Shown piece after piece: positions 1 through 8,950 of a DNA stretch of 40,000 bases (position 1 is the stretch's first letter; each line of letters starts with the position of its first letter). The notes beneath the pieces are model-generated. The model did no database searches, was not told the origin of the DNA, and worked only from the letters and a program-made list of their open reading frames with translations. Where the stretch lies: contig CAVVOX010000002.1 in the NCBI GenBank assembly GCA_963749875.1, positions 1,615,372 through 1,655,371 on the forward strand, in the 5' to 3' direction. A program made the position numbers and the translations under genes. Origin of the DNA: an uncultured Alphaproteobacteria bacterium. Lineage in GTDB: Bacteria > Pseudomonadota > Alphaproteobacteria > Rhizobiales > Rhodomicrobiaceae.

Positions 1-46
1 GAGGAAGAGCGGGACGATGACGAGGATGGCGGCAGTGACTGATCGC

Positions 47-238
47 CTATTGGCTCTCCGCACTGGCCAACATGGTTGCGGCCGGCCGCGCAACTTCGAC
101 TGAGACCACATCGTCTATTCCGCCGGCGAGCGAGGTCACGCTCTGCTCAAGCGTGGCGACGAAGAAGCTGGGGCTGAAGTGGCTTTCACAGGCGAGCCAG
201 AAGAGGCAGATGGCAAGAGGGAGGGCACGGATAATCAT
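47..238 (-). CDS. small putative lipoprotein (63 aa; inner start of ORF 47..310)
   Basis: ATG at 238 is preceded by GAGG about 8 nt upstream. The N-terminus MIIRALPLAICLFWLAC ends in a lipobox-like L-A-C. No family was recognised, so coding status itself is uncertain. Confidence 0.3.
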   Translation of the reverse strand: MIIRALPLAICLFWLACESHFSPSFFVATLEQSVTSLAGGIDDVVSVEVARPAATMLASAESQ

Positions 239-535
239 TGGAGCCTCGACGAACTGAAACGCGGTTCCCGCTGCCCCCGGTTGGTCCGGGGCGTGTTTGG
301 TTTCCGGCATCAGTAAAGGAGGAGGCTTAACCGTCTATGGATGATTCCGGTAAAATGCAGCCTCAGGGCCATTGCGCGGCGAGTTTGCCCCGAGCTGTGG
401 CGAAGGGATCACGCTGGACGATCCGCGGGCCGCACGGCGTTCAGGCAAGCGAACGCGCATCGTTCTGATACGGCTCTGTTACGATCATATGGCGGGATAA
501 GAACAGGAAGAGAGGCGTGCCCGGCCCTCTAGGGC

Positions 536-571
536 GGCCGGATCCCGATGGGGGCTAGGATCCGGCCTTTT
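536..571 (+). terminator. rho-independent terminator-like hairpin
   Basis: Perfect 10-bp stem GGCCGGATCC (536-545) / GGATCCGGCC (558-567) with a 12-nt loop, followed directly by TTTT. There is no convincing + strand CDS upstream. Confidence 0.4.
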
Positions 572-915
572 GGGCACTAGAGAGGGAGAGGATTGGTCAC
601 AAAGAGACAAGCCGAAACTTGCGATCTTCATTCCCATCCACTTACGCTACGCTACGCTTACTAAGCTCGATCACGAGGAACGCTTTGCAGGCCTTGCGAG
701 ATCTCAAATGGCTGAACCAAGCCAGCCAATTCGACATAGCCCTGTTTAACCTCCAAAGTTGTTCCGTCGCGTTATACGTGTACACTTAATACGGGCATTT
801 CTGAAACGCAACCATTTTAAGTTGCGGAAATGGGAATTTTGAGGAAAAGCTGTGAAAAAGGCTTGTGTGCCGGCCGAAGCAGGCCGTGTACGGATCTCTT
901 GTTCGCGTCGAGGGA

Positions 916-1668
916 ATGGTGAGCCGCATTCAGCCTTCATCCGGCGGCGTCGGGACGGCAATCATCACGGGCGCCGCTCACCGCGTGGGACGCGCCATTG
1001 CGCTGAGCCTTGCGCGTTCCTCATGGCAGATCGCGATCCACTATCGCTCCTCGTCCGACGCTGCCGCAGCGGTCGTCGAGGAGATTGACCGCCTCGGCGG
1101 CAAGGCCATCGCGCTCGATGCCGAATTGACCGACATCGATCAGCTGCGAGCGCTTGCGCCGCGCTGCGCCGAAATGCTCGGCGCCCCATCCTGCCTGATC
1201 AACAATGCCTCGCTGTTCCTCAAGGATGAGCTCGGGACGCTCGATCCCGCAGGCTGGCAGGCGCATCTCGACACCAATCTGCGCGCGCCGGTCTTCCTTG
1301 CACAGAGCTTTGCCGAGGCTCTGCCCGCCGGACAGCGTGGCCACATCATCAACATCATCGACCAGCGGGTTTTGAACCCGTCGCCGGAGTTCTTTTCCTA
1401 TTCGGTCAGCAAGGCCGGTCTTTGGTGGGTGACGCAAACCATGGCCCAGGCGCTCGCTCCCAAAATCCGCGTGAATGCGATCGCGCCGGGTCCGGTTCTG
1501 CAAAGCATCCATCAGACGGCCCAGCAATTCGAAGCCGAACAACGCGGCACGCTTCTGGGGCATGGCGCCTCGCCCGAGGACGTTGCCGCTGCGGTGCACT
1601 TCCTTCTGGAGACGCCGTCGATCACGGGGCAGATGATCTGCGTGGATAGCGGTCAGCATCTCAGCTGA
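916..1668 (+). CDS. SDR family oxidoreductase, pteridine reductase (FolM/PTR1)-like
   Basis: Lies in ORF 865..1668. Has the glycine-rich cofactor motif ITGAAHRVGRAIA, the catalytic YSVSK segment and NAIAPGP. ATG 916 places the Rossmann motif about 15 aa from the N-terminus, but the GTG at 865 is an alternative start. Confidence 0.8.
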   Translation: MVSRIQPSSGGVGTAIITGAAHRVGRAIALSLARSSWQIAIHYRSSSDAAAAVVEEIDRLGGKAIALDAELTDIDQLRALAPRCAEMLGAPSCLINNASLFLKDELGTLDPAGWQAHLDTNLRAPVFLAQSFAEALPAGQRGHIINIIDQRVLNPSPEFFSYSVSKAGLWWVTQTMAQALAPKIRVNAIAPGPVLQSIHQTAQQFEAEQRGTLLGHGASPEDVAAAVHFLLETPSITGQMICVDSGQHLS

Positions 1669-1728
1669 CCGATGAAGCGGCATGAGCCTCCGACGCCGCA
1701 GTGGCCCAGGCGCAATTCTATTAAGCGC

Positions 1729-2403
1729 CTATTGCTGGCCGTACCCTTGGAACTTCTCAAGCACGCGGCGCATCTCCGCCGCGTCGAGAAGCGGACCGCC
1801 GCCGATCTGGAGCACCCGGCAATATTGTCCGGCGAGCGTCTCAACCTCGCGGGCGAGATCGAGCGCCGCCGCAAGGTCCGGGCCGCAGGCGATCTGTCCA
1901 TGATGAGCGAGCAGAGCCGCCTTACGGTCCTTGAGCGCGGCGACAACGCTCATGGCCAGCTCGCGCGTGCCGAAGGTGGCGTAGGGCACGAGCGGAATGT
2001 CGGCGCCGCCGGCGACGGCGACCATATAATGAAAGGCCGGGATCGGCCTGCCCGCGCAGGCCAGCGCCGTGGCATCCATTGAATGGCAGTGCACGATCGC
2101 CCCGGTTTCCGGCCGCATCGCATAGAGCGCGTTATGCATTTGCCATTCTGACGAGGGCTGTAGCGATCCCGGTCGCGTTTTGCCGTTTTCGCCGACGAAA
2201 ACGATGTTCTCTTCGCGCAGCACGTCATAGGTCATGCCGGTCGGCGTAATCAGCATGCCGCCAACGGTCCGCGTCGAAATATTGCCCGACCGCCCGGGGC
2301 TCAGCCCTTCCCGGCTCATGGCGAGGGCAGCCTCGATCACCGTGCGCCGAAGCGCACGGTCATTCTCCTTCGGAGCGTCGAGCTTACGCAGCAGCTTGTC
2401 CAT
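1729..2403 (-). CDS. class II aldolase/adducin-family protein (Ald2-like MTRu-1-P aldolase or MtnB-like dehydratase)
   Basis: 224 aa with family motifs GNIS-R, PSSE, HCHS and HHG. The ATG at 2403 overlaps the mtnA stop (2384-2386) by 20 nt, implying one operon. Confidence 0.85.
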   Translation of the reverse strand: MDKLLRKLDAPKENDRALRRTVIEAALAMSREGLSPGRSGNISTRTVGGMLITPTGMTYDVLREENIVFVGENGKTRPGSLQPSSEWQMHNALYAMRPETGAIVHCHSMDATALACAGRPIPAFHYMVAVAGGADIPLVPYATFGTRELAMSVVAALKDRKAALLAHHGQIACGPDLAAALDLAREVETLAGQYCRVLQIGGGPLLDAAEMRRVLEKFQGYGQQ

Positions 2404-3490
2404 CGGCCTTCTCGGGGTAGAGGGACCGCAGACCTTCCGCGGAGGCTCGGCAAATACCGCGCTCGGTGATGAGACTCGTGATCAGCCGGGCGGGGGTGAC
2501 ATCGAAGGCGGGATTCGCCGCCGGGCTGCCCGGCGCGGCAATGTCGATCGTCGCAAGCGCGCCATCCGCCCTGCGGCCGGTCATCTTCGTGACTTCCGAA
2601 GCGTCGCGTTCCTCAATCGGTATCGCCCGGCCGTCCGCCAGCGTCCAGTCGATCGTGGAGAAGGGAATGGTGATGTGGAACGGCACGTCATTGTCGCGGG
2701 CGGCAAGTGCCTTGAGATAGGTGCCGATTTTGTTGGCCGCATCGCCATTCGCGGTGACGCGGTCAGCGCCGGTGATGCAGAGATCCACCTGCCCGCTCTG
2801 CATCAGATGGCCGCCCGCATTGTCGACGATGATCGTATGCGGCACGCCATGCGCGCCAAGCTCGAACGCCGTCAGCGCCGCGCCCTGATTGCGGGGCCGC
2901 GTCTCATCGACCCAGACATGGACGGGAATTCCGGCGTCATGCGCCTGATAGATGGGCGAAAGGGCCGTCCCCCAATCGACGCAGGCCAGCCACCCGGCAT
3001 TGCAATGGGTGAGGATATTGACGCGTTCCCCGCCCTTGCGCTCGGCGTGGGCGCGGACGAGCGGGAGGGCGTGCTCGCCGATGAGCCGGTTCGTTTCCAC
3101 ATCCTCGTCGCAGATCTGCGCGGCTTTGGCATAGGCGGTCTCGGCGCGCTGCGCCGGAGAAAGGGGCTGGAGGGTGCGGCGCATCTCATCGAGCGCCCAG
3201 CGCAGGTTGACGGCCGTCGGGCGGGTTGCTCCCAGCAGGGCGATCGCGCCGTCGAGATTGGCGTCCGAGGGATCGTCCCGCAGCGCAAGCGAGAGACCGT
3301 ATGCCGCTGTCGCACCGATCAGAGGCGCCCCGCGAACCTGCATGGTCTTGATCGCCCGCGCGGCGCCCTCCACCGATTGAAGGCGCGCAATCTCGAAGGC
3401 GTGCGGCAATTTCGTCTGGTCGATGATCTCAACCGACGATCCATCGGCGGCAAGCCAAATGGTCCGGTAATGCGTACCGTCGATCTTCAT
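2384..3490 (-). CDS. mtnA: S-methyl-5-thioribose-1-phosphate isomerase
   Basis: 368 aa. The N-terminal DGSSVEIIDQTKLPH and VRGAPLIGATAAYG, and the C-terminal ANKIGTY, are typical of eIF-2B-like MTR-1-P isomerases. Confidence 0.9.
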   Translation of the reverse strand: MKIDGTHYRTIWLAADGSSVEIIDQTKLPHAFEIARLQSVEGAARAIKTMQVRGAPLIGATAAYGLSLALRDDPSDANLDGAIALLGATRPTAVNLRWALDEMRRTLQPLSPAQRAETAYAKAAQICDEDVETNRLIGEHALPLVRAHAERKGGERVNILTHCNAGWLACVDWGTALSPIYQAHDAGIPVHVWVDETRPRNQGAALTAFELGAHGVPHTIIVDNAGGHLMQSGQVDLCITGADRVTANGDAANKIGTYLKALAARDNDVPFHITIPFSTIDWTLADGRAIPIEERDASEVTKMTGRRADGALATIDIAAPGSPAANPAFDVTPARLITSLITERGICRASAEGLRSLYPEKADGQAAA

Positions 3491-3635
3491 CCGAACCCCG
3501 TCTTACTAACCCGACCTTGGGGCGGGATGCGGGCGGCACTCCGGCCCGCTGCCTCACCTTTATATGACCTTGCCGGCCACCCATGCAAAAGATTAACGCC
3601 GCGACTGGAAAACTCCGCGAAATTCTCATTTCGGC

Positions 3636-5453
3636 TCACGGAGCGGCTTCAATTTCCTCGCGCAGGATCTCCAGCTCCAGCCATTCGGTCTCCGCCGCCT
3701 GCAACGCCGCCTCCGCCTCGGCGAGCGCGGCCGTAAAGTCTGCGAAAGCCTTCGCGTCACGGGAATAGAGCGTCGGATCGTCGAGCCTGTCCTGCAATTC
3801 GCGGACTCTGGCCTGCAGCGTCTCGATCCGGCCGGGCAGCGTCTTCAGCGCATGCTGCTGGTTGAAGCTGAGCTTGCGCCGTCCCGGTTTGCGCGCGGGC
3901 TCGGGCTGTTTCGGTTTCGTGGAGGCCGGCTGTTTCGCATCGCTTTCCAGCCGCCACCAGATGTCGGCGCCGCGCTGCGCCAGCATATCGGCGTAGCCGC
4001 CGGCATATTCGGTCCAGCGGCCATCCCCTTCCGGCACGATGACGCCATTGACAATGCGGTCGAGAAAATCACGATCGTGACTGATCAGGATGACCGTGCC
4101 CTCATAGTCGCCGACCATCTCCTCCAGCACGTCGAGCGTCTCCAGATCGAGATCGTTCGTCGGTTCGTCCAGCACCAGCAAGTTCGAGGGCTTGGCCAAG
4201 GCGCGGGCCAGCATCACCCGCGCCCGCTCGCCGCCGGAGAGCACGCTGAGCGGTGTCCGCAGCTGTTCCGGGGAGAACAGGAAATCCTTCATATAGCTGA
4301 CGACATGGCGCGGCCGGCCGCCTATGATCACATGATCGCCGCGCCCGCCGGTGAGTGCCTCGCCCAAAGTCCAATCCGGCACAAGGCTCTCGCGGCGCTG
4401 ATCGAGCGTCGCCATTTCGAGATTGGCGCCCAGCCGGATGCTTCCTGCATCCGGTTCGAGCGCCCCTGTCAGCAGATTGATGAGCGTCGTCTTGCCTGCG
4501 CCGTTCGGTCCGACAATGCCGATCCGGTCGCCGCGCAGAACACGCAGCGAGAAATCCGTCACGACCGGACGGCCCTCGAAAGCTTTCTCGACATTGCTCG
4601 CCTCGATCACCAGCTTGCCCGACTGTTCCGCCTCGGCGGCGGCAATGGCCGCCTTGCCTTGCACCGCCCGATAATCGCGGCGCTGCCGCCGCATGGCCTG
4701 CAGCGCGCCAAGCCGCCGGACATTCCGCTTGCGCCGGGCCGTCACGCCGTAGCGCAGCCAGTCTTCCTCGGCCGCAATCTTGCGATCGAGCTTGCGCTGG
4801 GCGAGTTCCTCCTCGGCGAGTTGCTCGTCGCGCCAGGCCTCGAAAGCGCCGAAACCCAGCTCAACGCGGCGCGTCGTGCCCCGGTCGAGCCAGACGGTCG
4901 TGCGGGAGAGATTTTCCAGAAACCGCCGGTCATGGCTGACGATGACGAGCGCGCATCGCTGCGCCGCCAGCCAGCTCTCCAGCCATTCGATGGTCGGCAG
5001 ATCGAGATGGTTGGTCGGCTCATCGAGCAGCAGGATCGACGGCCTGGGCGCCAGCACATGAGCGAGCGCGACGCGCCGTAATTCGCCGCCGGAGAGCCGT
5101 GCCGGATCTTCCTCGCCTGTGAGACCGAGCTTCTCAAGAAAATAGCGCGCCTGATGGGGATCGTCGCTCGCCGTCAGACCGGCGTGTACATAGGAAAGCG
5201 TCGTCTCATATCCGGAAAGGTCGACCTCCTGCATCAGATAGCGGACAACCGCCCCCGGCTGGACGAACACCGTCCCACGATCGGGCTCGATCAGCCCCGC
5301 CGCAATCTTGAGAAGCGTCGACTTGCCCGAACCGTTGCGGCCGACCAGGCAGACGCGCTCGCCCTCGGCAACGGACATCTCCGCGCCGTCAAGAAGCGGC
5401 GTGCCGCCAAATGTCAGGGCGATGTCTTTCAGCTGAAGAAGTGGCGGTGTCAT
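3636..5453 (-). CDS. ABC-F family ATPase (Uup-like), no transmembrane domain
   Basis: 605 aa with two ABC cassettes: Walker A GRNGSGKST and GPNGAGKTT, signatures LSGGELRR and LSGGERAR. Also has a charged inter-domain linker and a C-terminal coiled-coil tail. Confidence 0.9.
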   Translation of the reverse strand: MTPPLLQLKDIALTFGGTPLLDGAEMSVAEGERVCLVGRNGSGKSTLLKIAAGLIEPDRGTVFVQPGAVVRYLMQEVDLSGYETTLSYVHAGLTASDDPHQARYFLEKLGLTGEEDPARLSGGELRRVALAHVLAPRPSILLLDEPTNHLDLPTIEWLESWLAAQRCALVIVSHDRRFLENLSRTTVWLDRGTTRRVELGFGAFEAWRDEQLAEEELAQRKLDRKIAAEEDWLRYGVTARRKRNVRRLGALQAMRRQRRDYRAVQGKAAIAAAEAEQSGKLVIEASNVEKAFEGRPVVTDFSLRVLRGDRIGIVGPNGAGKTTLINLLTGALEPDAGSIRLGANLEMATLDQRRESLVPDWTLGEALTGGRGDHVIIGGRPRHVVSYMKDFLFSPEQLRTPLSVLSGGERARVMLARALAKPSNLLVLDEPTNDLDLETLDVLEEMVGDYEGTVILISHDRDFLDRIVNGVIVPEGDGRWTEYAGGYADMLAQRGADIWWRLESDAKQPASTKPKQPEPARKPGRRKLSFNQQHALKTLPGRIETLQARVRELQDRLDDPTLYSRDAKAFADFTAALAEAEAALQAAETEWLELEILREEIEAAP

Positions 5454-5585
5454 GCGATGTCGGCCGTTCCAAGGGTCAAGCGCCCCTGGCGAGATGTCAC
5501 GTCACTTCTATAGCGGATTGTGCGCTCTTATGCAGATCCGAAAGTCCGTCGGATTCAGAACGAGCTTCGGACTCGCAAGCGACGC

Positions 5586-6569
5586 TTATGCCTGCGTATC
5601 ATCCGCGATGAACGCCGTCACCTGATTGCCGATCTGATTGAAGCGTAAATCGTCGAAGCTTTCGCGGCCGACCCGGGCAAGGCCTTCGCCGCAGGCAGCG
5701 GTGACCGCGCCGTCCTCCGGCCGATCCTTGTGAACGACGTCCTGCCAGCAGAAACCGCAGCCTTCATCCATGATGACGATCATAAATCCGTCGTCTCGAC
5801 GGTTCACGATCAGCTCGGCCCAGCGGCTCGAATAGGGCGGCGTCTGCAGCCGTTTCAACAGCTCGCTGCGATAGATCCCGCGGGCAACCCATTCCGCTTT
5901 GCGTTCGTGGCCGATTTCCAGATTGCCGTGTTCGACGGCATTCATCATCAGCTCGGCGAGCCCGGCGGCGCTGCGCTCGGGATGCGGAAAGAGCCTGGCG
6001 ATGATCGGGACGAGCATGTCGACATCGGCCGGCGTGCGAAACCGGAATTTGCAGCTCTCCAGCAGGCTGACGGCGTCGTTCAGGCAGAACTCCCCGGCCG
6101 GCTCGTCCAGCTGCACTCTTTTCAGAAGCGTATCGAGCGCCTGTTTGAGATCGGCGAGCCGGCAAGGCATGGAAATGATCGTCGATAGCCCGGCCTCCGA
6201 GGCAAGCTGAATGTCCTCCGCCCGGCCCGCTGCCCCGAGCGTCAATACGGGAAGGCTCGCTTCGGCGGCCCGGCGGGCGAGCGCTTCGGCGAATTCGCCC
6301 CGCTTCGGCGCATCCGATCGCCAGTCCAGAATGACCGCGCTGCAGGTCGCCGCAAGCGCCTCAAGCTCCTCGAGCGCGGAAAGGGTCTCCGGGAGATAGG
6401 CGAGCTCAAAACCCAGCTTGCGCAGCTGCTCATCGATCTTGCCCTGGGGCGCCCCCGCCGGATTGATCATGATCATCCGATACTGCCGACCCAGAACCGC
6501 ATTTGCCCCGTTGCCATTCAGGCTTTTCGCGCCGTTGAGATCCGCGGTTATGGACTGAAACACCGTCAT
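5586..6569 (-). CDS. receiver-like domain fused to an RsbW/SpoIIAB-type HATPase (putative serine kinase/anti-sigma-like)
   Basis: 327 aa. The N-terminal half has a receiver-like beta-alpha pattern (MIMINP..., AVILDW, PVLTLG). The C-terminal half has an N-box-like NAVEHGN and a G-box-like MDEGCGF. There is no HisKA H-box. Confidence 0.5.
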   Translation of the reverse strand: MTVFQSITADLNGAKSLNGNGANAVLGRQYRMIMINPAGAPQGKIDEQLRKLGFELAYLPETLSALEELEALAATCSAVILDWRSDAPKRGEFAEALARRAAEASLPVLTLGAAGRAEDIQLASEAGLSTIISMPCRLADLKQALDTLLKRVQLDEPAGEFCLNDAVSLLESCKFRFRTPADVDMLVPIIARLFPHPERSAAGLAELMMNAVEHGNLEIGHERKAEWVARGIYRSELLKRLQTPPYSSRWAELIVNRRDDGFMIVIMDEGCGFCWQDVVHKDRPEDGAVTAACGEGLARVGRESFDDLRFNQIGNQVTAFIADDTQA

Positions 6570-7362
6570 TGCTGTCCTCAGTTCTTCTCTGGCGCCTGCA
6601 CCGACGCTCTCTTGGTAACCACCGAATAACGCCCGGTCTCCTGCCGGGTATCGGTGTCACATTGATATGAAAGTCGCCGCGGCCGGGCCTCGGTCGCCGA
6701 GGGTGCGTTCCAGCCTCTCAAATGCGCATTGTGCCCTTGGCCGAGCGGCCCAGGGTTAAGCCCTTTCTTACGACCGGCCCCAAAAGCATTCCCGAATTGC
6801 AGAGCAACTCCAATTTCGCGCGCTTCGTGCCCCAGCGGTGCGGCTGACGACGCCTCCATATGCTGTAGCACTTCGGCACTTTCAAGCATTGATCGCGTTT
6901 CCCCTGCCGTCGAAAGTGTAAGCCTCCGAGTCGCGCATACATAAAATAAACAAATCTACACAATTATTCTTTACGTATTAACAAGAAGAGCAACAGCGCC
7001 CCCGCTGTTTATCCTGGTCGAATTTGGTTATTGGAATTTTTTTGCTTGCACTGGTCGAGTTCACTCCTGGACGGTCTCTCGTCTCAGCATCTCCCGACCC
7101 GCCAAACAACGTTGCAAACAGAATATTTAATATGAATGTGTTCCCAAGGGGGCAATATTCATGCAACGTTCATTATTGCAGTTTGAGCCCGCTTGCAAGG
7201 CTGCCTGCGACGAATTGCTTAACAGCATAGCCTTGCCCGGAAGCGTTCGCCCATCGCCGATCGAAGGCGGTTTTGACCGGTGACTAGGGAAGGAATCGCA
7301 AACGCGGCTCTCCGGATTATGGTTAGGATGGCGAATTACCGACCACGCCACTGAGCACAAAA

Positions 7363-7776
7363 ATGACAAGAACAAAGGATGCCGGCCCGTCCAAGCCGAT
7401 CTCCCGGCGGAGAGCAAAAACGCCCGGCGCCCCTCGCGGAGCGCCGCGGCTGTCCCTGCGGATCAAATTCGGCGACAAGTTTCATCTGGGGCCGGGCAAG
7501 ATCCAGCTCATGGAACTGATTGACGAACTCGGCTCGATTTCCGCCGCCGGGCGGGCCATGGGCATGTCCTACCGGAGAGCCTGGATGATCATTGATGCGG
7601 TGAATGCGGCCGCGATCTCGCCCGTCGTGGTCAAGCAGACCGGCGGCAGCGGCGGCGGTGGCGCCGTCCTCACCGAACTCGGGCGCGAGATCGTGAAGCG
7701 CTACCGCAATGTCGAAAGGCGCGCCGAGAAAGGGTCAGCGGACGATCTGACGGCGCTCTCCAATGCGATCAGCTGA
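7363..7776 (+). CDS. ModE N-terminal-domain (winged HTH) molybdate-responsive regulator-like protein, lacking Mop/TOBE domains
   Basis: 137 aa. GPGKIQLMELIDELGSISAAGRAMGMSYRRAWMIIDAVN matches the ModE/LysR-like HTH domain. The gene lies next to modABC, and its 3' end overlaps the modC 3' end by 8 nt (7769-7776). Confidence 0.75.
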   Translation: MTRTKDAGPSKPISRRRAKTPGAPRGAPRLSLRIKFGDKFHLGPGKIQLMELIDELGSISAAGRAMGMSYRRAWMIIDAVNAAAISPVVVKQTGGSGGGGAVLTELGREIVKRYRNVERRAEKGSADDLTALSNAIS

Positions 7777-8950
7777 TGCCCGGCGCCCGACCGCAAACCC
7801 GGCGGCTTCTCCAGTTATGGCTTGCCGACCGGCCCGCGGCTGAGGCAAGCAGCGCCACGCTCTTGATCTGAGCGAAAACCGTCTTGCCGGGAACGAGTTC
7901 GAGCGCGTCCCGGCTTTTGCGCGTGATGCGCGCCACGATACGCGCTCCCTGCCCATTTTCGCCCAGCGTGGCGATGATATTGACCTGCTCGCCGCCCTCC
8001 GGGTGATCGGAGACAGACAGAATGCGCGCGGACAAACAGTTCAGTATCGTCGTCCCGGCGGGCGGTGCAAGGGCAAAGCTGATATCGGACGCGCTGATCC
8101 GCAGGCAAATCCGCTCATTCGTGCCGCCATGCAGGCCGGGAACGACGAGCTGACCGCCGGCAACCGAGATCGCCGTCAGCGCATAGGCCTTGTCGAGCGC
8201 GGCGACGTGTCCTTCCAGGATGACGGCCGCGTCGGGGGCGTGGAGCAGCGGCAGCTTCGGATCGGCCTGCAGCTCCGGCAGCGGCCCGGATGCGACCACG
8301 CGGCCCCCTTCGAGCAGGATGAGCCTGTCGGCAAGCCGCTCCACCTCGGCCATGTCATGGCTGACGTAAAGGATCGGGATGGAGAGCTGGGTATGCAGCG
8401 CTTCCAGAAAGGGCAGGACTTCGTCCTTCATCGCACGGTCGAGCGCCGAAAGCGGCTCGTCCATGAGGAGAAGCCGCGGCTGGGACAGCAGCGCGCGGCC
8501 GACCGCGACACGCTGGCGTTCTCCGCCGGACAGAGCTTGGGGCGAGCGGGAGAGCAGATGGGCGATGCCGAGAAGATCGACGACCTCCGCTTCGGTGATG
8601 AGCGGCCCTGCCCCATTCGTGATTGCCCGTCTCAGACCGTAAAGCAAATTCTTGCGCACCGACAAATGCGAAAAGAGGCTCGCTTCCTGGAAGACATATC
8701 CGATCCGCCGCTCATGGGGTTTCCGGAAAAGGCCGCGCTGATCGTCCTGCCAGACATCTCCGCCGACGCGCAGAGTCCCCGCAAGCTTCTGCAGCCCGGC
8801 CATGCAGCGCAGAATTGTTGTCTTGCCGCAGCCGGAGGGACCGAAAAGCGCCGTGATGCCGCGCATCGGCGCCGCGAGCTCGACATCGAGCGTGAAGCCG
8901 CCGAGGGTTCCCGAGAAGCGCCCATGAATGCGATCCTCCAAAGGGGTCAT
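7769..8950 (-). CDS. modC: molybdate ABC transporter ATP-binding protein
   Basis: Walker [10 protein letters not shown], signature LSGGERQRV, Walker B LLLMDEP, and a C-terminal TOBE-like domain. The start overlaps the modB stop (ATGA). Confidence 0.9.
   Translation of the reverse strand: MTPLEDRIHGRFSGTLGGFTLDVELAAPMRGITALFGPSGCGKTTILRCMAGLQKLAGTLRVGGDVWQDDQRGLFRKPHERRIGYVFQEASLFSHLSVRKNLLYGLRRAITNGAGPLITEAEVVDLLGIAHLLSRSPQALSGGERQRVAVGRALLSQPRLLLMDEPLSALDRAMKDEVLPFLEALHTQLSIPILYVSHDMAEVERLADRLILLEGGRVVASGPLPELQADPKLPLLHAPDAAVILEGHVAALDKAYALTAISVAGGQLVVPGLHGGTNERICLRISASDISFALAPPAGTTILNCLSARILSVSDHPEGGEQVNIIATLGENGQGARIVARITRKSRDALELVPGKTVFAQIKSVALLASAAGRSASHNWRSRRVCGRAPGIS

Noticed and set aside
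1-63. Possible 5' end of a minus-strand gene leaving the window. GTG at 63..61 gives MRRANRRSVTAAILVIVPLFL..., which looks like a signal peptide or TM start.
   Set aside because: Only 21 codons are visible, it overlaps the end of ORF 47..310, and there is no way to confirm it. Not reported as a feature.
341-532. Plus-strand 63-aa ORF ending just before the terminator hairpin.
   Set aside because: It has an Arg/Ala-rich translation, no Shine-Dalgarno and no recognisable family. The region is kept only as a possible non-coding transcript.
643-657. (TACGC)x3 microsatellite.
   Set aside because: Too short to infer a function such as phase variation, and it is not inside or immediately upstream of a gene start.
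2234-3736. Long ORFs antisense to confident genes. Examples: 2234..3736, 3852..5081, 8003..9070, 10512..11417, 12267..13289, 13195..14424, 15742..16629, 16821..18209, 18766..19704, 33535..34899, 35490..36428, 37387..38118 and 38131..39246.
   Set aside because: They lie opposite genes with clear family signatures, have Arg/Gly/Asp/His/Pro-rich low-complexity translations and show no recognisable motifs. Such stop-free shadow frames are expected in high-GC DNA.
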